Source: a bacterium
GTDB lineage: Bacteria > Desulfobacterota > DSWW01
Reading direction: 5' to 3'
DNA: 28,324 nucleotides
Assembly (NCBI GenBank): GCA_040756235.1
Contig: JBFLZG010000076.1
Span: 1 to 28,324, forward strand
In this document: positions 16,173 through 23,897 of the stretch, piece by piece
How positions within the stretch are numbered: position 1 is the first letter of the stretch
How the letters are laid out: every line of letters starts with the position of its first letter
Notes under the pieces: model-generated
What the model was told of the DNA's origin: nothing
The model's database searches: none
What the model saw: the letters and a program-made list of their open reading frames with translations, nothing else
Program-made: the position numbers and the translations under genes

Positions 16173-16931
16173 TCACAGAGCCTTGGCCGTCATGCCGCCG
16201 TCCACCACGAGCACGTTTCCTGTTATGAACGAGGATTCCTCGGAGGCGAAGAAGGCCACGGCCCCCGCCACGTCCTCGGGCACGCCCAGGCGCCGCATCG
16301 GGATGCCCCGGAGCATCTTCTGCCGGAAGTGATCGTCGGCGAGCATGGGGGCCAGCATGTCGGTCTGGATCGGCCCCGGGCAGATCGCGTTGACCGTGAT
16401 CCCGGATCGAGCCAGCTCGATCGCATTGGAGCGCGTTATGCCGATCACCCCGGCCTTGCTGGAAGCGTAGACCGGAACGAGGCCGGAGCCGCGGATCCCT
16501 TCGACCGACGAGATGTTGACGATCCTCCCACGCTGGCTCTTCTTGAGGTGCGGAACGGCTGCACGGGTGACGCGGATCACGCCCACGAGATTGACCCCGA
16601 GGATGCGCTCGATGTCTTCGTCCCGCACCTGCTCGATGAAGGACGCCGCAGAGACGCCGGCGTTGTTGACGAGCACGTCCAGGCCCCCCAGCCCCTCGAC
16701 CGTCTCCCGGACCAGGCGATCGACATCGTCCTGACGGCTCACGTCGGCCCGGACGGCCAGGGCATGGCCGCCCGACCCGCGGATCTCGTCCGCGGTCTGC
16801 GACGCGCGGTCACCTCTGACATCCGCCGCCGTCACGCGGCAGCCGCCCCGGGCCAGCCGGCACGCGATGGCCCGGCCGATCCCGCCGCCGGCGCCCGTCA
16901 CGAGCGCACGCACTCCGTCCAGTGATGGCAT
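16173..16931 (-). CDS. Short-chain dehydrogenase/reductase (FabG-like)
   Basis: TGAGGGIG, NNAG, NISS, YASSK, NAICPG.I.T, ITG..LVVDGG. ATG 16931 follows AAAGGGGG. Confidence 0.92.
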   Translation of the reverse strand: MPSLDGVRALVTGAGGGIGRAIACRLARGGCRVTAADVRGDRASQTADEIRGSGGHALAVRADVSRQDDVDRLVRETVEGLGGLDVLVNNAGVSAASFIEQVRDEDIERILGVNLVGVIRVTRAAVPHLKKSQRGRIVNISSVEGIRGSGLVPVYASSKAGVIGITRSNAIELARSGITVNAICPGPIQTDMLAPMLADDHFRQKMLRGIPMRRLGVPEDVAGAVAFFASEESSFITGNVLVVDGGMTAKAL

Positions 16932-16993
16932 GGTTCCCCCTTTCAAGAGGCTGTCGCTAAACGGCCTTCGGCCGCGTTCCGCTCATCCCGTGT

Positions 16994-17113
16994 GAGTTGC
17001 CAGTTGTCAGCCAGAACGGGAGCCAGTCTTGCGTGACCGTTGCTCCGAGCACCCCGCGTCTGTTCCGTTTTCCGGGGCCAAGGGGCGGACGGACGGCTGA
17101 CAGCTGAAAACTC
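16994..17113. repeat. Intergenic inverted repeat built from heptamer-like units
   Basis: GAGTTGCCAGTTGTCAGCC (16994-17012) pairs with GGCTGACAGCTGAAAACTC (17095-17113), 16/19 match. Confidence 0.55.
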
Positions 17114-17121
17114 GACCGCCC

Positions 17122-17943
17122 TTACGGTCCGGCGCTGCCCTCGAAGAGCCGCAGCAGCCTGTCCCGCGCGGCATTCAGCAGGGAAGGCGGCTCCGGCCAC
17201 TGTTCCAGGATCAGGGAGCCCGAGAAGTTGCGTCTCTTCAGGCGGTCCGCGAGCCCCTGGACGCCGGCAGGGTCCTGATCCGCGGGCCCGGTGAACAAGG
17301 TCAGGTGGCTGTCGCGGTCGCCCACGTTTTCGTGCAGGTGCACGTGGATGATCGGCACCGACGGCTCGATCCGGTCGACGTAGGCGAGGTAGTCGTTGCG
17401 GGTGGCGCCGAACAGGTTGGCATGTCCCACATCCAGGCACATGCCGGCCCGGTCCGGAGGGGAGCGCCGTTTTCTCAGGGCAGCGAACAGGGCATTGAAC
17501 GGATCGGGCCCCGTGAGCGGGGTGTTTTCGATGGCAAGCGTCAGGCCGGCATCCGCCACGCGGCGGATCAGAGGAAGAACGGCGTCGGCGTAGGCTTCGA
17601 CCCCCTGGTCCTCCCAGAGGTGCAGGTTCAGGAGCGCTGCGCCCACGTCGTGACAGAAGGCCAGGGTTTCATCCAGCCGGCTCATCGCACCCGGGAGGAG
17701 AGGGTTGATCCGGGAAGGGGCGTGCACCGAGACGCGCATGCGGCGGAGCCAGGCCTCCGCCCTGCACTTGTGGCGCGTCCGGGGAGGGAGGTCGGCCTCT
17801 TCCCAGCCTTCCCCGGTTTCCGATTTGTCCGGGAACCACTCGAAGGCGTCGAACCCGTTCTCCAGGGCGTACGCGAACGGTTCCGTCGGCTCGGACGCGG
17901 AACGGGCCGACTGGTTGCCGATGCGTACGCGCCTGTCAACCAT
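17122..17943 (-). CDS. Xylose-isomerase-like/AP endonuclease 2 TIM-barrel metalloprotein (usually annotated sugar phosphate isomerase/epimerase)
   Basis: SVHAP, NLHL, IENT, CLDVGHA, HVHLHEN, DSHL, ILEQW. The start overlaps the dikinase stop (ATGGTTGA); an alternative ATG is at 17946. Confidence 0.8.
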   Translation of the reverse strand: MVDRRVRIGNQSARSASEPTEPFAYALENGFDAFEWFPDKSETGEGWEEADLPPRTRHKCRAEAWLRRMRVSVHAPSRINPLLPGAMSRLDETLAFCHDVGAALLNLHLWEDQGVEAYADAVLPLIRRVADAGLTLAIENTPLTGPDPFNALFAALRKRRSPPDRAGMCLDVGHANLFGATRNDYLAYVDRIEPSVPIIHVHLHENVGDRDSHLTLFTGPADQDPAGVQGLADRLKRRNFSGSLILEQWPEPPSLLNAARDRLLRLFEGSAGP

Positions 17944-20900
17944 CATGGATCCCGACCTGCGGGCGGCTCTGGACCACGTAGTATCGACCACCGGCATAGG
18001 CCCCCTCCACATCTTGAGGAGATCCGAAAGCACTTTCGAGCAGGATACCGATCCGAGCGATGGCGCTCAACAGCTCGTCCCGGAAGCGCTCGTCCCAGAC
18101 CAGCGGATCCTGCGCGTAATCTACGAGCTCCTGGCGGGCCGGCTCCAGCAGGACGCTGTCGTACAGGCCTGCCCCCGCGTACCCGGCCAGGTCCTCCCCG
18201 CTGGAGTCCGACCGGAAGATCAGCCCGCGCCCGTGGAGGGCGATGCTCTTGCTCGGGTAGGAAAGGACGTGCGGCTTACCGCCCTCCTTGCGGAAACGAA
18301 ACCCGAGGGCGCGGCCCGGGAAATTCCCCACCAGGGCTTCGCCGAGGCCGGCGACGACCTCCGCGTAGAGCTCATCCTCCTTGCCCGAGAACGGGTCGGT
18401 CGTGTGGATGACAAAGGCGTAGTCGGCCTCCACCACCTGCTGGACGAGGACCGCCATGGAGACGGCCCGGTGAGGGATCCCCCTCGCCCTGCGGCTCCAG
18501 TGGGCCCGCTCGTTCCACTTGGATGCCCAGACCCGCTTGATGCAGCTCCACACAGGCCCCCATGCTCCCGGCCATTCGAGCCCGGATGCCTCCATGACGC
18601 GCCCGAGGGAGTCGAAAAACCCCTCCGGGGCATCGAGCGCCAGAAGGGTTGCCCTGAGCTCGGGAAGCACCGTCTCGGGCTCGGGCTCGAGGCGCGCGAG
18701 GAGATCTTCGCAGTGCGTCAGCCGTTCTCGATTGACGGGCGCCTCGAGCACCGCCTCCATGACTCCGAAAGGGATCGCCGCCGACACGGGGAGCCGGATC
18801 CAGTCCGGCAGCCGCCCCGCGAGCCGTGCCAGGTTCAACGACTTGCCGCCTACGACCTCGTGGGTGAAATCTTTGGCCTCCAGGGCGTATCCGCGAAAGG
18901 CCGGCCGGCCGGCGGCGGCCTCGGCCGTCCTCGGTGCCGCCGGCGCAGGCCGGTCCGCCGCCGGAGCGGTCGGCCACTGCCCTGCGTCCGCGCGCTCCTC
19001 CCACTCCGGGTCGCCCGAGGCCGTGGCGGCGATGCTCACGGCGCGTCCCGCGAGCGCACGGAGCCTTGCGATGGGCCCTTCCTCGTAACAAGCGGCGAAG
19101 AGGACCCCTGCGTTTCTCGCCCGGATGGCGATGTGCGAGAGGACGTCGATCCGATCCGCAGTGAGGATCGCGACCGCACCCTGAGGGATTTCCTCCTGGC
19201 CCCCGACCCGATCGGCAACGATCACTGCGGGAGGGTCGAAGCGCTCGGCCTGTACGGAAGCCAGGGAGCGGACCGCGACGACGCGCCCGCGCCCCGGGCC
19301 GCTCCCGCGGCTGATCACCTGCCAGGAGCCCACTCGGGCCGTGCTGCGCAAGAGAGGGCGCAGATGACGGGTCAGGAGGGAGAGGGCGAAGAGGAGGCTT
19401 CCCCGGACGACTTCTTCAGAAAAGAGCTCGATGGTCCAGGGATCGGCTTCGAAGGCCCTGCCCAGGAGCTCCGCTTTCGGCTGCAGGAGCTGCCGGCAGC
19501 GGTCGGCCGCGAGGGCGACTGCCCGCTCGACCCGATCCAGGACGGAATCGGCGTGCAGGGCCCATTCGCGGGTGCAGCGAGCTCCTCCCATCAGGCGGCC
19601 CCAGTCCCGCCAGGCGAGGAGCAGCTCTTCGCCCTCGTCCCAGAAGAGCCGGTTCTCGAGGGCCATGTGGGTCAGCGCGACCAGCGCGTCCCCGCCGAGC
19701 CCTTCGTGGAGCCTCCCTTCCAGGGCGCTCCGGAAGAACGCCTCGAGGGCGAGATCCAACAGGAGGAGATCGCGGCCGGCAGCAGCGCCGGCAGCGCCGT
19801 TGCGGAGACGGTCTTGCAGGCTTCGCCGCAGCTCCGTGACCTTGCCCAACAGAACCGCGAGATCCGCCGGCGAAGCATCCCGGCGGTGCCAGATGAAATC
19901 CGCGAGCCGGTTCATCCGCTCATCCAGCGAGCCCCGGGCCGCCTCGATGGCGATTCCAAGATCGACGCTGGAGTGCACTCTCTTCAGGGTCCCCAGGAAG
20001 TGCTCGAAGTCGTGGATGAGCGCTCCTTTCAGATGAGGGACGAAGTCCGGGGGCGTCTTCAGGGGCCGCTCGAAGCTCTCCAGCCGGGCCCGGCTCACGC
20101 CTGCCGCCTCCAGGGTGCCGTAGAAGCGGCCCGGGTCTCCGTCGCTGCGCAGGAAAGCCAGGTAGGCCTCGCAGATGACGATGTCGTCCGGCGTGGAGTT
20201 GTTGTGCATCTTCTGGTGCCATTCCTCGAGAAAGCTGCCGGAGACTTCCTTCAGGTGGTGGCGATGCATGATCTCGAGGATTTCGTCCCGGATCCTCTGG
20301 CCTTCTCCTCCTCGTCCGATGGTGGTCAGGGCGAGCCGGACGAGGGCGCGGCCCTCCGGATCGATCCCCTGGTGAAGGCCGGCGAGCTTGCCCGTGAGCC
20401 GATCCATGGCATGGGCCAACTCCCGGGGCTGCGTGTTGTAGTTGCGCTGCCAGTCGATCTGCCGCATGGCGGAGAAGCGCATCCACACGAACAGGAGGGC
20501 GAGACCCTCGATGCTTCCCCGGACCCGATCCAGCAGGTCGTAGCATAGGTTGTACCGGTGCATCAGGGTCCAGGAGCTGCGGCTCATCTCGCGCTGTATG
20601 ATCTCCCGGGCCACGCCGCCGATTTCCTGCTCTGCAGCCTGCAGAGGTCCCTGCGGCCCGGGAAGCGCCAGATGGTAGTTCTTGCCGTGGTTGTTTTCCC
20701 ACCGGTCCTCTTCCGGGAAGAAAAGAGCAAAGGCCAGCGCGGAGAACCCGCTCGTGCCGGCCAGCCGGATGCGAACGTGCGGCTCTTCGCCGTTGCCGCG
20801 TGCAAAGGGGGTCTGAAGGGCGCCTCGTCCGAACGCCTTGGTCCCCTCGGGCCACGAGGACGCGGGCGGCGCCTCCCAGGGGCCGTGCAGACTCCGAACC

Positions 20901-21025
20901 AGACCCCAGTGCAGGAGGGGCCGCGCCGTCCCCTGAATGCGCAAGGTGATCTCCGCCTCGCCTTGTTCGCAGCCGACCTCGGCGAAGATCGCGAGCCGGC
21001 TCGTCACAACGATCTTTTCAGCCAT
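17936..21025 (-). CDS. Alpha-glucan water dikinase (GWD1/R1-like) with N-terminal CBM45-like domain
   Basis: CBM45-like LLHWGL..WEAPP..P.GT..ALQTPF..FALF..WENNHGKNY. Core TLMHRYN, WMRFSAMRQIDWQRNYNTQPREL, GQRIRDEILEIM, EEWHQKMHNNSTPDDIVICEAYL. Phospho-His DVLSHIAIRARN. Nucleotide-binding domain VGGKS.NL, IKRVWASKWNERA, ADYAFVIHT, GLGEALVG..PGRA, IFRSDS.GEDL.GYAGAGLYDSV, QDVEG, VVQSRPQV. The start could also be TTG 21064. Confidence 0.9.
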   Translation of the reverse strand: MAEKIVVTSRLAIFAEVGCEQGEAEITLRIQGTARPLLHWGLVRSLHGPWEAPPASSWPEGTKAFGRGALQTPFARGNGEEPHVRIRLAGTSGFSALAFALFFPEEDRWENNHGKNYHLALPGPQGPLQAAEQEIGGVAREIIQREMSRSSWTLMHRYNLCYDLLDRVRGSIEGLALLFVWMRFSAMRQIDWQRNYNTQPRELAHAMDRLTGKLAGLHQGIDPEGRALVRLALTTIGRGGEGQRIRDEILEIMHRHHLKEVSGSFLEEWHQKMHNNSTPDDIVICEAYLAFLRSDGDPGRFYGTLEAAGVSRARLESFERPLKTPPDFVPHLKGALIHDFEHFLGTLKRVHSSVDLGIAIEAARGSLDERMNRLADFIWHRRDASPADLAVLLGKVTELRRSLQDRLRNGAAGAAAGRDLLLLDLALEAFFRSALEGRLHEGLGGDALVALTHMALENRLFWDEGEELLLAWRDWGRLMGGARCTREWALHADSVLDRVERAVALAADRCRQLLQPKAELLGRAFEADPWTIELFSEEVVRGSLLFALSLLTRHLRPLLRSTARVGSWQVISRGSGPGRGRVVAVRSLASVQAERFDPPAVIVADRVGGQEEIPQGAVAILTADRIDVLSHIAIRARNAGVLFAACYEEGPIARLRALAGRAVSIAATASGDPEWEERADAGQWPTAPAADRPAPAAPRTAEAAAGRPAFRGYALEAKDFTHEVVGGKSLNLARLAGRLPDWIRLPVSAAIPFGVMEAVLEAPVNRERLTHCEDLLARLEPEPETVLPELRATLLALDAPEGFFDSLGRVMEASGLEWPGAWGPVWSCIKRVWASKWNERAHWSRRARGIPHRAVSMAVLVQQVVEADYAFVIHTTDPFSGKEDELYAEVVAGLGEALVGNFPGRALGFRFRKEGGKPHVLSYPSKSIALHGRGLIFRSDSSGEDLAGYAGAGLYDSVLLEPARQELVDYAQDPLVWDERFRDELLSAIARIGILLESAFGSPQDVEGAYAGGRYYVVQSRPQVGIHDG

Positions 21026-21139
21026 GGGATGGTCTGTCCGGGCTCTGTGTCGGGAAGATGCCAAGGCCTTTCCTCCGGCAGCGGAGAGCCTCCGGCGCCG
21101 TGTTTCGGACGAGACGGAGCGACAGCCATTCGGCCTGCA

Positions 21140-22297
21140 TTACTGATAGTAGAGTGCAAGGACCTGCTCCGCAACGGCGTTCCAGGAAAAGGTGCTCTCC
21201 ACCACGAGTCTTCCGTTGCGTCCCATCCACCGGGCCCGTTCGAAATTGGTGAAGAGGGTTCCCAGCCCCCAGACGATCGATTCGGCAGAGGGGTAGATCT
21301 TCAGCCCGTCCAGCTCGTGGACGACGAGCTCCTCGGGGCCGCCGTTCACGGTGGCCACGACCGGCTTGCCCGCGCTCCAGGCCTCCAGCACCACGATGCC
21401 GAACGGCTCGTTGCGGCTCGGGACGCACACCGCGTCGCACGCGCGATAGAGGTCCGCCAGGTCCCGATGGGACCGGAATCCGATGAAGCGGGTCGCATGG
21501 GACACGCGCAGGTCGTGTGCTCGCCGCTCCAAACCGAACCGCATGTCCCCGTCGCCGGCAAAGACGAACTTCGCGCGGGGATGGAGCCTGAGGAGGTGAG
21601 GAATGGCTTCCACGAGCAGGTCAGGTCCTTTCTGGTAGACCATACGGCCGCAGAACAGGACCACGGGGTCCATGAATGCGACGCCGTAGCGCCGCCTGAC
21701 TGCGGAGGGGTCGATCCAGCCGTCGAAGGCGTGAACGTTCACCCCGTTGTAGGCGACCGAGATCTTCCAGTCGGGAACCGCGTAGAGCCACATCACTTCC
21801 GTCCTGAGGGCGTTGGAGACGGCGATCACGCGGTCCGCCCAGTAGGTGGCGGCCCTTTCCTGCTCCCGGATGCTGTCGGACCGCCCGTCGTGGAACTGAT
21901 TGCCGCAGCGGCCGTACTCGGTCGAGTGGATGGTGAAGACCCCCTTGCGCGCCCGGCCCTGTTTGATCCAGATCATGGCGTTGCCGGCCAGCCAGTCGTG
22001 CGCGTGCACGATATCGAAGGGGCCGATGAAATCCTCGGTCTGAAAGAAGTGGTGCACGAAGGACCGGCACATGTCGTTGACTTCTTCCACGAAGTCCGGG
22101 TTCAAAGCGAAAGGGCAGCGGTGGTAGTGCACGCCGTCGATCCGCTGGTACCCGTCCTGGTGCGGTCCCATGCGCGTGAAGACGTGGACCTCGTGCCCCA
22201 TCCGCTCCAGGGCGGCTGCCAGCTCCGTGACGTGGTTTCCGACTCCGCCGACCGCAATGGAGTGAAGACTCTCCCAGGACAGCAGGGCGATTCTCAT
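21140..22297 (-). CDS. Glycosyltransferase family 4 (candidate glucan/glycogen synthase)
   Basis: ATG 22297 after GGAGG. MRIALLSWE...GGVGNHVTEL, HAHDWL, TIHSTEYGR, GRMVYQKGPD, PSRNEPFGIVVLEAW. Confidence 0.88.
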   Translation of the reverse strand: MRIALLSWESLHSIAVGGVGNHVTELAAALERMGHEVHVFTRMGPHQDGYQRIDGVHYHRCPFALNPDFVEEVNDMCRSFVHHFFQTEDFIGPFDIVHAHDWLAGNAMIWIKQGRARKGVFTIHSTEYGRCGNQFHDGRSDSIREQERAATYWADRVIAVSNALRTEVMWLYAVPDWKISVAYNGVNVHAFDGWIDPSAVRRRYGVAFMDPVVLFCGRMVYQKGPDLLVEAIPHLLRLHPRAKFVFAGDGDMRFGLERRAHDLRVSHATRFIGFRSHRDLADLYRACDAVCVPSRNEPFGIVVLEAWSAGKPVVATVNGGPEELVVHELDGLKIYPSAESIVWGLGTLFTNFERARWMGRNGRLVVESTFSWNAVAEQVLALYYQ

Positions 22298-22518
22298 GAA
22301 GCGCACCTCCGCAACGGGTCCCGGCCGACTCGACCCGCCGCGCTCGGGCCGCGGCCTCGCGATATCCCGCGCGGGGGGGCCGGTGGCAACCCGGGAACAG
22401 CGCTCGGCGCGGGAGACTCGATTTGCAGGACCGCCTGTGCCTTCATCTCTGGAAGCCTGCGCTTGGTTCTGCCATTACAGGGAACGAGTGGATCCGGGGG
22501 CGGACGGATGCAGACGCT

Positions 22519-23724
22519 TCAGATGCTTCCGGCGCCCATCAGGGAAACGGCCGCATCGAGGCTGGAGTATGCCTGCTCCAGATCGTCGAACGACCTGTGC
22601 ACCCAGCGGCTGCCCCAGAAGAAGTTGCAGCTCGTCTCGGCTGCCAGGATTCGATCGTAGGCCCTGGCGAGAAGACGCCGCACCTGTTCGCCGTCGCCCA
22701 TGGCGTGGGCCCGCTCCTCGCAGGCCCGCTTCACCCGATGGTAGTAGGCGCTGGCGTCCCGGACCTGGTCCCAGCCTTTCTTCTGCAGGAGGGAGCCGGT
22801 CCACTGGGTGAAATCTCCGCCCCAGTGATGTCCGGTGTTCCAGGCTCCCGGCTGCACGTCGACCTCCTCGGTCGGCGGAAACCGGTCGATGAACTCGCTG
22901 ATATGGGTCGGGACGAACCCCAGGGTCCCGTTCCGATATCGGTCCAGGAGGGGCCGGTAGAAGAACCCCCAGAAGCCGCTGTCCACGTGGACGGTGCGGA
23001 ACCAGCCTCCGTTCTCGCCGTCCGTCCAGGTGGTAACGAGGGCCGGGAAATCGCACCCCTTGGTCCGCTCGTAGATCTCGTGCTGGAACCAGCCCGGGTC
23101 GACCCCGGATTGCTGGGCGCAGGAGAGCTCGCGGTCTCTGGGGACCACGATGATCTCCTCCCCTCCGTAGCGGGCGACGTACGGGCGATAGCGCACCTCC
23201 TCCCAGCGCATGGTGCGCCTGGGCCGGATGTACCAGGAGTCGACGACCGCGTATCGATACCCGTGGCGCTTGAGGATCGGGATCATCTCCATGCAGAAAC
23301 CGATCTCCGGAGGCCAGAAACCCTGGAACCGGTCGCGGCCCAGAAGGTGCCTGCCCAACCCGATCCACCAGGACGTCTGGGCTTCCCAGTCTTCGTGGGG
23401 AATGAGCGGGTACACCGGGTGATAGAGGCCCGTGCCCAGGAACTCGATAGGGGAGCGCCGGTATCGGCCCAGGAAGTCTTCCACGTCGACCACGTCGTGG
23501 AAGGTCTCACGGACAGACGGGTCCTCGAGCTGCTTGAGCAGGGTCCCGGAGAAGCTCATGTGAAGCCTGGCCACGTCCTCGTATCCCTCGAGCATCCGGG
23601 TCGGGCGGTCGTAGCACCACAGGATCTGTCTCGCCTCCCAGCGCTCGTCCGAGTTGTGCAAGGAGATGAGATTCCCGAGGGGTTGATGCATGTTGAGCCC
23701 GAGAGCGTGATAGACCTCTGCCAT
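22519..23724 (-). CDS. Glycoside hydrolase family 57 (short type)
   Basis: NMHQP, SFSGTLL, YHPVYPL, GFWPPE (nucleophile), WTDGENGGWF (acid/base), AETSCNFFW. Confidence 0.88.
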   Translation of the reverse strand: MAEVYHALGLNMHQPLGNLISLHNSDERWEARQILWCYDRPTRMLEGYEDVARLHMSFSGTLLKQLEDPSVRETFHDVVDVEDFLGRYRRSPIEFLGTGLYHPVYPLIPHEDWEAQTSWWIGLGRHLLGRDRFQGFWPPEIGFCMEMIPILKRHGYRYAVVDSWYIRPRRTMRWEEVRYRPYVARYGGEEIIVVPRDRELSCAQQSGVDPGWFQHEIYERTKGCDFPALVTTWTDGENGGWFRTVHVDSGFWGFFYRPLLDRYRNGTLGFVPTHISEFIDRFPPTEEVDVQPGAWNTGHHWGGDFTQWTGSLLQKKGWDQVRDASAYYHRVKRACEERAHAMGDGEQVRRLLARAYDRILAAETSCNFFWGSRWVHRSFDDLEQAYSSLDAAVSLMGAGSI

Positions 23725-23897
23725 GCTGAGCCGCCTCTTGCGGCCCGGGCCTCATGCCGGACGCCTCTGCCTTTGCGGCGTGAACAGCCGGACTCCGGGC
23801 CGCCTCGCTGTCTGTCTTCGAAGGCCGTTTGTCTGCCTTTGAAAAGCTTAGATTCGTGGAAGGAGGGTGAGGAAACTCGGCCGGGCCCAGTGCACGG

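Noticed and set aside
17705..20548. 947-aa plus-strand ORF
   Set aside because: Antisense shadow of the GC-rich dikinase gene, with no recognisable motifs.
17936..21025. Annotation as PEP synthase or pyruvate phosphate dikinase
   Set aside because: The domain order is reversed, the PEP-utilising C-terminal barrel is absent, and GWD-specific motifs are present.
22310..22420. GC-rich hairpin between GH57 and GT4 (TCCCGCGC...GCGCGGGA)
   Set aside because: Short GC pairing is expected by chance at this composition, and there is no U-tract or known RNA motif.
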